This document shows positions 24,201 through 35,007 of a DNA stretch of 64,000 nucleotides, one piece after another. Positions within the stretch are counted from its first letter, which is position 1. Every line of letters starts with the position of its first letter. Below the pieces are notes generated by a model. The model saw nothing but the letters and a program-made list of their open reading frames with translations, did not search any database and was not told the DNA's origin. Origin of the DNA: Podarcis filfolensis. Lineage: Eukaryota. The position numbers were made by a program, and so were the translations under genes. Location: NCBI GenBank assembly GCA_964270895.1, contig OZ185436.1; one strand, given 5' to 3'.

Positions 24201-25448
24201 AGGATGATTTTACACTATTCACATGCTTCGTTGGCAAAGATAGCACTCTGTGACAAAAGGGGCAATGGATGCAGCATGCAACCCTTGGTTCCCCATAATA
24301 CTGTTTGGGGATCTTTCCCTTGACCCCCAAGTATTAACTGATCTCCCAAGTAACACAAGAGGCAGGGCCAGGTGTTTAAAAAACCTATCATTAATGGGGA
24401 AAGCAACAGACACCAAACACAGCTCATTTTAATTCAAAAGCGCCAAGACAACTGCTCCATCTCCAGTTGTTTCATCCTCCTCCTACCACCTCAGGGTCAT
24501 TGCTTCTCCCTGACCCAGCCATAATTCAGCAATTTGGGTTTTCTGATTAATTGCTTTCAGGTTTTTGTGGGGGAAGTGCTGCGGGGCGGGGAGTGCTTGG
24601 ACATGGACTTGGAAAGCTGGGACCTGTCTCCAGAAATGCAGAGCAAAGGTAAGTTTAGATGAGCCCAGAGTCAGGTTTCATTGCACTTATGCTTCAGTCA
24701 TGCCACAAAGCCCCAGGGGGATGGGATTGTCGCTGTACGCACACAGCCCTCAGAGCCTTGGAACTTGGTGTGTTTATTATTCTGCTAACAGGACGAAAGA
24801 GTACTTTGGAGGTGTGTGGGCATGGGAAGAAAGAGCCAATTGTTATTTGCAGAATAAAAGTGTTTGAACAGCAAGGAAAGGAAAGGAAAATGTAGCAGAA
24901 AGCTTAAGGAGACCTCTAGGTGAGTAAGTAACATTGGGTAGAAAGGAAATTGATCATTCAAATGTGCGGAATTGTATTTTGCAAGTGTCCCTATTTACCA
25001 GGACTCTCTTTATGTTCTGGTCCCTGCCCTTATTTGCGATTGTGAGAGATGTTTTCAGAAATGCCGTTCATGTGCAAAAATCCTCATTTCAGACCCCTCT
25101 GCTCTCTAGGCATTAAAGACCAGAATCAAATACTTTGGTGTGCTAGCAGAAGCCAGCATAAGGACTCTTGCTTGAACAGCAGGGTGCCCCTGCACACCTC
25201 TGCTCCACTTCCAAATCCTTGGAGACTGGCAAATATATTGCAGCGATGTGCAGAAAGGAGTAGCCCATTAAGGCTGCTGGTTATTACCCGTGGCAAACAA
25301 AGCCATTCTAAGTACTGTATAGGTTTTGCATGTGGACAGGATGGAGCCAGGAAGTGAACACTAGCACATACTCAAAACAAGCTTGAATTGGGAGAAGAAG
25401 GAAGGAAGTAAAGCCTGAAAGGAAGGGATCCATGGCAGAGAGACAGCA

Positions 25449-26009
25449 ATGGAATTTGAAACAACCACCTGCTGGAACATGGTGACACACAGCATACATG
25501 GCCGTCCTGTGTCCCTGAGCTGGGGCTGCAGGAGTTCTCTTAGGACTCTGCCCAGGGCATACCGAACACAGTGCAGGAGTCCAAAGCCAGCACCTCCTAC
25601 CCTGTGTTCAAGGTTCATGCCAGGTTGTCAACAGACAGCTGCCAGTTCTTCACTGCCTCCTCAGAAGGAAAAGCCTCCTTGGAAACTCACAGAAAGGAGA
25701 ATCATGATTCCCTGCGATTTCTGCCTAGGGAAACCTCACTCAGCGGAGAAGAAGTGTCTGACCTGTGAGGCGTCCCTGTGCCGGGACCACCTGAGGAAAC
25801 ACAATTCGAAGGCCACCCAGAAGAACCATGCCTTGGTGGCTCTTGGGACTGCTGGGGCCCAGGAGGAGAAGAAATGCCCAGAGCATGCCATGCTGCTGGA
25901 ATGCTTCTGTCAAGACGACTTGGCGTGCGTTTGCAAGACCTGCTCCACCACCGGCTCCCACAGCAGCCACAACGTCGTCGCCCTGAAGGACGAGTACGAC
26001 AAGCAGATG
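25449..26009 (+). CDS. TRIM-like gene, first coding exon: B-box1 + B-box2, no intact RING; start codon uncertain (25449 or 25704)
   Basis: CDFC-x10-CLTC-x4-C-x2-H-x3-H-x8-H (B-box1) and CPEH-x7-C-x2-D-x4-C-x2-C-x5-H-x2-H (B-box2); ends KQM|gtaagg, phase 0. TRIM16/25/29/47-like arrangement. Confidence 0.88.
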
Positions 26010-26282
26010 GTAAGGGGCTTCAACCAGGCATGGAGCGTTCCAAAGAGGTCCTCCAATTAAATGTAACAGAGAGAGATGTTTTAAATAGAAACGGGTGTCA
26101 GAATGTGGAAGTAAAGAAAGGGATCCTGCAAGACTTTGAAACAAATAGTATTGGGGGGAGAAAACGAAGCAAAAAACATCAAGCATCAAGTAGCATTCAA
26201 AGCCTGATAAATAAGGAGTAGCAAATTATACGTGGGGTGTTTTTCTAATGGTGAGGCATGTATTTATACAAATATGTAGTCA

Positions 26283-26340
26283 GGGGAAGGGCTGTAGCTC
26301 ACTGTGGTAGAGCATGCGCTTTTCACCCAGAAGGTCCCAT
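26283..26340 (+). mobile_element. tRNA-Ala-derived SINE head, truncated
   Basis: GGGGAAGGGCTGTAGCTCACTGTGGTAGAGCATGCGCTTTTCACCCAGAAGGTCCC has an A-box and anticodon-arm resemblance but no T-arm or acceptor stem. Confidence 0.6.
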
Positions 26341-26840
26341 TGAACTGAGAAATGACACCAAACCAACAGTGGAGACTACCTATAGACCTTGCTTAGCCTC
26401 AGCACTTTCTGCAGGTATCTTCATTTCCGTGCTTGACAATGTGTTTGTGCATTACAGTTCCTGGCATTGATCATTGACTTTTTCTCCCCCTCTGAGCATG
26501 GCACTGTGCCAGCCAAGATTAACAAACCCTCCACTGCATGTTAACAGCCCTTCCCAGGGAATATCTTATCAACAGCCCCTGCTAGATTAGAGGACAATTT
26601 TGCAAAAAAGTTAGTGGTAACTAATGCTATTGCTTTCAATTTATGGCCTTCTGTAAGAACCTGCAGCCTGCTTCTAGAAGAACAAGTTTGCTCTTTGCTT
26701 GTTGTTTGCCGCCCTAGGCTCCTTCAGGAGGAAGGGCAGGAGATAAATTACATAAAAAATTACAAAATTACATAAAAAATAAAAGTCCTGCTGAGGCTAG
26801 TGGGACTTTGACCAGGATATGGGGACAGAAAAGCCTTGGA

Positions 26841-27514
26841 TCCATGCGACGGTCACCTCCAGACTGGATTATTGTAACTCGCTCTACGTGGGGCTGCCCT
26901 TGAGACTGACCCAGAAACTCCAGCAGGTGCAGAATGCCGCGGCGAGACTCCTTACGGGGTCTTCACTGTGAGATCACATTCATCCGGTGCTATACCAGCT
27001 GCACTGGCTCCCGGTGGAGTACAGGATCAGGTTTAAGGTGCTGGTTTTAACCTTCAAAGCCCTATACGGCCTAGGACCCTCGTACCTACGGGATCGCCTC
27101 TCCTGGTATGCCCCACAGAGGAACTTACGGTCTTCAAATAAAAACATCTTGAAGGTCCCAGGCTACAGAGAGATTAGGCTGGCCTCAACTAGAGCCAGGG
27201 CTTTTTCGGCTGTGGCTCCAACCTGGTGGAACGATCTGTCACAAGAGCCAAGGGCCCTGCGGGACTTGACATCTTTCCGCAGGGCCTGCAAGACAGAGCT
27301 GTTCCACCAGGCCTTTGGTCAGGGTGCAGCCTGACTCCCTCCTTTGGCAATCTTTATAGAACTTTAGTTTATGGTTGCCATCAATTTTGATTTTAATTAA
27401 TTTTTATAATGTTTTTATAATGTTGCACTATTTTAGTGTTGTTAGCCGCCCTGAGCCCGGCTTCGGCTGGGGAGGGCGGGATATAAATAAAATTTATTAT
27501 TATTATTTATTATT
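26841..27514 (+). mobile_element. L2-clade LINE, 5'-truncated, well preserved
   Basis: TSRLDYCNSLYVGLP...LHWLPVEYRIRFKVLVLTFKAL...RAFSAVAPTWWNDL...CKTELFHQAF plus a 3'UTR and TTA-rich tail. Confidence 0.92.
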
Positions 27515-27734
27515 GGAACATTTCTGTGTACTTGATTGCATGCTTGATTGTGCTTTAAATCATTAGGAGTCTAGCTACTTGGGAAGAAGACCCAACATAT
27601 TTGAAAAGACAAATAAAGCAGAAATTCACCATCATGGCAGCCCAAACATACAAATGGAGTTCAATGGGGTTTATTTCCAAGTCAATGAGCAATCCATTCT
27701 CAAACTGCAACCACAAGCATCCTTGCCAGGATGT

Positions 27735-28312
27735 ATGGCAGCCACCTGAGAGTTCTCAAAGAACTCAAATGTGAAATTGCTGGTCTTCAAAACAGAAATA
27801 TGTCCCTCGGATCAGCCTCCATACCAGAAGACTGGGAAGTAGCTAATGCAACGGCAGTTTTAAAAAAGGAATTGGGGGGGGGGGTCCTGGAAATTACAGG
27901 CCAGTTAGCATAACGTCAGTCTCTGGAAAGCTGGTGAAAAGTATTGTTAAAGATGAACTAACCAAGCACATAAAAGAACAAGCCCTGCTGAAGCAGAGCT
28001 AGCATGGCTTCTGCAAGGGAAAATCCTGTCTCACAAATCCATGAGGGTGTCAACAAGAGTGTCAGCAAGCATATAGACAAAGGTGATCTGGTTGACATAG
28101 CATACCTGGACTTTCTAAAAATGTTTGACGAAGTATCTCACCAAAGACTCCTGAGTAAGCTTAGCAGTCAAGAAATAAGAGGAGAAGTCCTCTTGTGGAT
28201 CAGGAATTGGTTAAGTTGCAAGAAGCAAAGAATAGGAATAAATGGACAGTTCTCCAAATGGAAAGAAGTAGAAAGTAGAGTCCCCCACGGATCGGAATTG
28301 GAACCTCTGCTA
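27735..28312 (+). mobile_element. CR1 LINE ORF2 (reverse transcriptase) internal fragment, frameshifted
   Basis: RVLKEL, IPEDWEVANA, PGNYRPVS, QHGFCKGKSCLTN, DIAYLDF, RLLSKL, WIRNWL, QRIGING motifs. Confidence 0.92.
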
Positions 28313-28388
28313 TAGTTGATTAATCTACCAAATAAACTTATTGAAATGTACAGTTCTGTGATTTCCCTTCTGTTTTTCTCTTAATCAG

Positions 28389-28484
28389 GCAATTCTCTCA
28401 CGGATTATGAAATCAATGCAGGAATACAAAACTGCCACAAAGAAGACACTCTTACAGCTTCAGAAAAGTGAGGATCAGATAAAG
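28389..28484 (+). CDS. TRIM-like gene, coiled-coil exon (96 bp)
   Basis: Pyrimidine tract plus aatcag|, |gtttgt donor; open, phase 0-0; AILSRIMKSMQEYKTATKKTLLQLQKSEDQIK. 96 bp is the canonical TRIM exon size. Confidence 0.85.
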
Positions 28485-28660
28485 GTTTGTGCTGTAACTT
28501 CATGATGCCATGCATCACTCTCAGGTCCCAGGTGGAAAATAATGAATGTGTCTCCAATATGCTTCTCCATCCAGCAGCCCAATCTTTTCATTTTAACTAT
28601 GCAGCACTTTTGGCCAGTGACTCTTTTCACCCGAAGGTTTATTATCTGACCATCTACAGT

Positions 28661-28667
28661 CTCTATC

Positions 28668-28710
<43 letters not shown>

Positions 28711-28716
28711 ATCTCT
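28661..28716 (+). repeat. (TCTA)n microsatellite
   Basis: Seen directly. Confidence 0.93.
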
Positions 28717-29054
28717 ATCACACATGGACACAGATTTAGTTAGTGCATGCTCTATTTACTGTCTGGACAGGCGTGTGTTTCTACACCCTCTTCAGATACT
28801 TAACCTCAGAAGGACTGGGTTTTTTAAAAATGGCAACTCTAGTGCGTGTGTATGTGCACTTTCAGTAGTTTACCAGGGACAAGTACCCAAAAACATGGGC
28901 TCTCCCTGGTTAAGAGTGTGTGACCACTAACAGACACTAGGGGGCTTCCAAGGCAGCACTTCATATCACAGACCCACGCAGAGCTGGTCTGAGGCCTGGG
29001 GTGGGAGTCTTGTTAGAATAAAGTTAAAAACTCAAGCAGAAAAGCAGCTGGGCC

Positions 29055-29255
29055 CATTGGCGGAGCTTCATGCTCCGGCACCGGGGGGGGCAGAGGGCAG
29101 GCGGAGGCGGGGCTGGCATGTGTCCGGGGGGCGTGGCACGCTGCCTGCAGTGGTGTGGTGCCCAGCATGGGCAGGGGCAGCCGCGATGGCACCCCACCAG
29201 GATCACGCTGCCAGGGGCAGTGCGCTCCCCCCACACTCCTCTTCCTCCGCCAGTG
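29055..29255. mobile_element. GC-rich non-autonomous DNA element
   Basis: Inverted ends CATTGGCGGAG ... CTCCGCCAGTG (10/11 match). Confidence 0.6.
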
Positions 29256-30115
29256 GCTGGGCTAGCTTAGCTCTCCAAGGCCCAGGACAAGGGCTACCCC
29301 CTGCCTCTGCACAGCCCTGCATATCAGGCAACCTTTTCTGCCACAACAGAAGACTGGTGAGATGTGAGCCTCTGGTACTACTTTGGTGCATGTGCTTCAG
29401 TTGCTGGGAAACCAGGAGGGCATGAGAAAAAGAGCACCCAATGGTAAGGAAGCCAAAGTCAAGCCAGGGAACAGGCAAGAGATCCCAGCCAAGGCACAAG
29501 GATTCAGTGAAAGGGGGCAGTGGGTGAACCATCACAACTGAACCAGAACTCCCAGCAGCACCAGACAGCAGAGATAGGCTAACTGAGGCTGATGACACCA
29601 GGTTGGGGGAGGTTGTATTAGGATCTGGGAATTAAAAAGCTCTGTTGACATTCAAGCTACAGTCCTACGCACACTTATATGGGACTTACTCTTGAGTATA
29701 TATGCATAAGTTTGCACTGCACATTACTCAGTGGTGGTAGCCACAGGATAGCTGAGGCAAGAATACTTTGGTGTGACCTTCTGAGGGGCTGATGCCCACA
29801 GTGCTTTTCAGAGCGACTGGCAACATACTTGGGAGGTTGCTGAGAGCTATAAACTTGATAGCTTGGTGGCCTGTTTTGCGGAAGCAATATGTCATTTTTC
29901 ACTATAAAAATGTTATCTGACATATATAGTCTCCACACCTTTTAAAATAATGGTTGTTTCCTAAGGGAGTTTTATGAACAGGGGAGGGACTGTGACCACG
30001 GAGCTAACAATCCTTTTTAGCCTAGATAGGGAAATCTTGCTCAAGACACCCCGGGTTTATGCCCTAAGTCCAACAATTCAATTGTAATAAAAAGTTGCCA
30101 TCTTTCTTTCCTTAG

Positions 30116-30349
30116 AACAATAAGAAAACGTTGACAGATCAGCTCTCCAGAATCTTCCAAGAGATCAAGTCTCAGGTAGATCAGAAGGAGAAGCAGATCC
30201 TAGGTGACATCCAGTCCAATGAGAAAAAGCAGCTGGCTGACATGGCAGCTCTGAAGAAGCAAGTGGCAGACAAGAGGGACGTGGCCGCCCAGGGCCTTCG
30301 GGAGCTACAAGCACTAACAGAGAAAACAGATGCTTGCCTCTTCCTCAAG
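30116..30349 (+). CDS. TRIM-like gene, coiled-coil exon (234 bp)
   Basis: ccttag| ... |gtgagc; phase 0-0; heptad-rich NNKKTLTDQLSRIFQEIKSQVDQKEKQILGDIQSNE...DACLFLK. 231/234 bp is canonical for TRIMs. Confidence 0.92.
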
Positions 30350-30453
30350 GTGAGCAGCTTTTTCTCCCCTCCAAGTTAGCAAAGTCTCATTTGCTGGATG
30401 CCCCCCTTTCTCTGCGTGCAATAAAAACAATTTCTTTTTTTTGCTTTCTGTAG

Positions 30454-30476
30454 GATTTTCAGCTAGCCCAAGAGAG
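30454..30476 (+). CDS. TRIM-like gene, 23-bp exon
   Basis: Strong tract plus tgtag|, |gtaagt donor; phase 0-2; DFQLAQER. A 23-bp exon after the coiled coil is canonical for TRIMs. Confidence 0.85.
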
Positions 30477-31401
30477 GTAAGTTGCACATCACACATTCCC
30501 CTTTGTTTGCCTGTCCCATAGACTACACTGCTCTCCACATGTACGTGGTTTCATATGGTGGTCCACTGAATGGACTCACTGCCAGGTAATGAGAAGCTTG
30601 GCATGATGGGAGTCTTTTCTCTTCCTCCTACATCTTCTGAAAGTATTAGCTTTCCTACCTTCAGGAATGTGCTTTGCCTCTTCAGTAGCAATAACGGGAC
30701 CATTTTGGATAATTGTGCTAATGATATGTGGCATCTAGTTCCTAGATTAATGGTAAAGGAACTCAAGAGTGGCTGGTGAGAGCCGTGTGGTTGAGCTGGA
30801 GCAACCAGTTCAAGCCTCTTCACACTTCTCATGTAGGGGAGGGGGACAATAGGCTTAATTACCTATTTCCTCCCAAGGTAAGGAAAATGACATAACTAAG
30901 CTTACTCTGTGGTATTAACCCCTTCATGCATTAATTGGACAAGCACGTTGGGTATATGAGTCTGGTTAACCCACACCTCACTCTCAGAAGACGGAATGGG
31001 GACTGATTCAGACGGTTCCCATTCCTTTTCTGTGGTGTCTGGAAACTATGGGGCAAAAGCCTCATCCAAGTCAGTGCTTGATCTTTCCCTACCCCCAATC
31101 TCCGCACCCTGTCATCTCTGCCCCATCCTGGTTGGCATTAGAAGGCCCCTGACAGGAGAAATCAGCAAAAATATCCTCCCCACTTCTTCCATTAGTGGAC
31201 AACTCTGCCAAAACAGACCCCTTCCTGTGAGTGCAAGGGCACCATTGGAATTTCACTCAAAAGCAACGACATACACAACCTCTTCTATCCATAGGTTAAC
31301 TTAGTATTTACCCCTAGGAGTGACAGACATTGCAATCAGGGGTGATGTTTGGTAGGTTGTTTGGTTGCATGGTTGGTTGAATGACCTCTTGTACATGCTA
31401 G

Positions 31402-31538
31402 GATTAAGAAACAGAATTTCAGCAATGACAGTGTGGAAGTGCTGACAGTGCATCTGGATCAGTCAGACATTCAGGATGTCAGAAGTCACACAGCCATGTA
31501 TATCTCCAACCTAGACGCCCTGATGCAAGTAGTACATG
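31402..31538 (+). CDS. TRIM-like gene, linker-helix exon (137 bp)
   Basis: gctag| ... |gtaagt; phase 2-1, open; IKKQNFSNDSVEVLTVHLDQSDIQDVRSHTAMYISNLDALMQVVH. Confidence 0.75.
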
Positions 31539-32627
31539 GTAAGTGAACGTACCAAAGAACACCTCCCCCAGCAGTGTTAAGTAAGCTATATAAGTTACAG
31601 TGAATATGCTGATATGTGAGTAATAACTAGAGATTATGCACTTTGATATATGTGCACAAGCAGTATGCACATTCTCCTGCTAGATACACATCTGCTATAT
31701 ATAGCAACTTGAATTACCCTATTTCCATGCTGCACATTTTTCATTGACTTGATTATAGGGCATAGTCTAATTTCATCTGTTTACTCAAAGATACAAAATA
31801 TAATATACCGGTAGGTTAAATAACCTTTACAATCTATCTAAAAAGATTTTGATGATCGGTCACAGCAGTATAACAACTACGGGACTCGTGGGACAGATTT
31901 TCTTTACCTTGTTTGTTTTTGGATATTTTATCCCTTCCAAATGTTTGGTGATGCAGAATCCCTATTAGACATTTCATTTATCCTCATAGCTGACTGCATG
32001 TGAAGGTTCTGTCTGCTGGTATGTGGGTGAGGTCCTGGGCTGGTGTGGAGCTATTTAACTGCTAAGGGACAGAGACTATTAGACACTCCTGCCACCACCT
32101 TTATGGGACTAAACCTAGCTATTATTAACCACACAAACTGGAAATATTAAGACATAGGTGAGTGCTAGAGAATTATCTTCTCAAAGGAGTCAGCCTCACT
32201 TTTTCTCCAGGACCTTATGGCAAACTCTCCAAAAGCAAACAGCTTCACTCAAATGTCTGCTTCAGATTTCACACTTCTCTGGATTTTGCAGTACTGTTCT
32301 TGGCTCAAACATGTACCAAAATGCATTTAGGACACCTGTTTCAGAATAAGATACATATAGAAATACATTCACTGAGATAAAATACTCATTTTGTGATAAA
32401 ATACTATTTAATTATGTATTTAAATTATTTAACTCTGTATTTAATAATTATGTACTGGGTTTAAATATGCATTTAAATTCAAACTTTAGAGTGGAGTTTT
32501 AAAAACATATTCACATATTAATTTAGAAATGACTCAGAACAAACTTGTGAATGAACACATGCAAAATCATGGACCAGAAACAGACTGATCCATCCCTTAA
32601 TGGTGTGTGCTGTTGGATTCCTTAAAG

Positions 32628-32748
32628 CAGAGGTAGGCAACGTGATGCCAGTACAGTTCCCATCTGCCCATCCCACACTGCCAGTGACCAGGGATGGTGG
32701 AAATTGTAACCCAAGAACAACTCAAGGGCACCATGTTGGCTACCCCTG
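32628..32748. mobile_element. hAT-like MITE
   Basis: TIRs CAGAGGTAGGCAAC...GTTGGCTACCCCTG; 8-bp flanks ccttaaag and ctttaaag (7/8 match) fit a hAT target-site duplication. Confidence 0.75.
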
Positions 32749-33010
32749 CTTTAAAGCAAGGAGAACATCCAAGTCTTACCTGCCTTGAGCTTGCATCTTC
32801 TTCTGGTGTTATGATTCATTACCTTGTTCTGAATGTAATTTCGCAAATGACATGCTGAATCACACCTACGGGATCTCTTGAGGCGGTTTGCTTCCGAAAC
32901 CTCATCATGCCAAATCTGTCCTGGAAATGGGTCTTGCAGAAACAGTTCCTGATTACAAGAGTGGTTTTGCATGAATCAGCTGTCTTGTCCTGTTTTCTTA
33001 CTCTTCATAG

Positions 33011-33041
33011 GTAAAATCATTAGCCAAACACAGTGGAGCAG
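33011..33041 (+). CDS. TRIM-like gene, 31-bp exon
   Basis: ctcttcatag| ... |gtaaat; phase 1-2 fits its neighbours; GKIISQTQWSR. Confidence 0.6.
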
Positions 33042-34090
33042 GTAAATCCCTTTTTGTCTTTCAGTCTGTTCCTCACATCCAGCACTGGGTTTTCCTTTCA
33101 TTTGTGCTTCAGTTTAGGAAATGAACAGCACAGGAATTAATACTTCAGATGAATGTCATGGGTTCCCCATACCTTTCTTCACAAAAGAAGAACCTAGTTG
33201 ATTATTTCCTGATAAAACACATGAAGAAGGATCACAAAGCACAGTGCAATCCACATATTAAAAAAAAAGAGACCAAGAGTGGGACAGGATTCCTGCAATT
33301 CATGTAACTCTATTTAGTGTTGAAATAAGCTTAGACACTAGCCGAGCCAGTCCAAGACATTTTTGCACCTGAGACAAGCTGCAAAATGGTGCCTCCTTCC
33401 CTGTCAGGGAAGAAGGGCTGAGTGAAGATCTACACCAGGAACAAGGAGTGAAGAAATGCTGCTTAGGTGTGATTTGCATGATCTGTGTACACAGTGTGTA
33501 TCATGCCTACATACACGTGCAGGCTTCTTTATGTATGTTATTCTGTCCACATGGACACTGGGCTCATGCAGAGGGTGCAACCCCCCCAGCCCATTGACCA
33601 AGAATGACAACAGCTTTGTGTGAACCACCTCTGTTGAAATGCATTGTGTTTTAAGTCGATGCTGCAATGCTGTTGAATTCAATGGGACATATGTCTAGAG
33701 CAACACTTTGCTTAGCAAAGAGGTGAATAATGTGTGTTGTAGGGGTATGAAAATTGCATTTTGCATGTGGGCAGGTTACGTTGCCCCTTTAAAGCAATTT
33801 TTAAAGCCTTTTTAAAATCTGAATTAAGTCAGCAGAATGCCCTTTTCACAAGATATATGCAATGAGATGGTAAAAAGCTATAATCAAAGTGCAATGAAAT
33901 CCTATGCATTCTACTTAGAAGTCAATCTCATTTAACTCAATGGGACTTACTCTCAGGTAAGTGCAGAAAGCGTTGCAGGTGTAGTGTTACAATTTCTAGG
34001 ATGTTTTCCCATCTTTGTGTGACTTTTCATTTGCTGCTTCCTCTTACGTTTTTCTTTCAATTGATACCCATTATTCTCTTTTCTCACAAG

Positions 34091-34122
34091 GACAATCCCA
34101 GCTGCTGAGTTCTCGCTTGATG
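34091..34122 (+). CDS. TRIM-like gene, 32-bp exon
   Basis: Long pyrimidine tract plus acaag|, |gtaggt donor; phase 2-1; TIPAAEFSLD. Confidence 0.6.
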
Positions 34123-34674
34123 GTAGGTGTTTGAAACATCACTACTAATTTTCAAGATGCCAGTCTATGTCACCTCACCTTCTCCAAAATTATGCTGCCA
34201 ACACCTTATAAAATGTAGTTCAGACCATGAATACTGTGTGATGATAGAGCAGGTAGGAAACTTATTAAATGGGGGATGCAATTGTTTCAAAACCAGTAGC
34301 AAACTGTAGACCTACCTACAATTTTATAAAAGCATTTGCAGCTATTCATATTGAAGCAAATATGCCTGCTTTTTCTGTCTCTTCCAAAAATTCCATGACG
34401 TACTGCAGCTTTGAAATGTGCTCATGGCTCTTATACCAAACTTCATGCAAAGTTACTTTTAGAGTTACACCAGACAAGGCAGATACACTCCTAGTATTCT
34501 AATATTATGGAACATTTACAATGATAGAATAAATGTAACACTTACTTGAATTAAATGAGAAGTGTATTTTATCAGGCTAGGTGTGAATAGCTGTACATGG
34601 AAGGGTTTATGACGTTCATTGTCCTCTGCTAATGATAAGCACGTTCAACTAGCTGTTCCTTTTGTTTCAATCAG

Positions 34675-34743
34675 ATGTGATTTGCAAAGTCTTCCCATCA
34701 CCACCACCACCACTGACCAGGGATATATCTGGAGAAAACGCAG
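34675..34743 (+). CDS. TRIM-like gene, 69-bp proline-rich exon
   Basis: tcaatcag| ... |gtaagc; phase 1-1; DVICKVFPSPPPPLTRDISGENA. Confidence 0.62.
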
Positions 34744-34969
34744 GTAAGCAAAACAGAATAAACCATGAACTATGAACAACTGACCACTGAATTGTCTGTC
34801 CAAGGTCCCCACTATTTCAATGTTTTGACAACTTTTTAGTGATAAAAATCTCAAGGAACAATATTTTCAAAGTTGTAGGCTGCAACCTACAAAAACTAGC
34901 TTATGCTGGTACTGTCTGCCCTGCAGATACTTGGAATCACAGCTTTGTCTCCTTTTGTGTCTCCTAAAG

Positions 34970-35007
34970 TGATCTTTATGAATTACTTCCAGCTGGAATG
35001 TAGCTAG
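34970..35007 (+). CDS. TRIM-like gene, candidate final coding segment (VIFMNYFQLECS-stop)
   Basis: Strong pyrimidine tract plus taaag|; phase 1 entry reaches TAG at 35005-35007, giving ~406 aa in total. An alternative acceptor at 35125 gives EISQWSTNCLLPTLAVAGY-stop. The true end is unresolved. Confidence 0.4.

Noticed and set aside
26283-26340. tRNA-Ala-like sequence
   Set aside because: No T-arm/B-box or acceptor stem; treated as a SINE head, not a tRNA gene.
29013-29598. Cluster of 66-131 aa ORFs on both strands in TRIM intron 2
   Set aside because: Overlaps a GC-rich non-autonomous element; no recognisable motifs or phase-compatible splice sites.
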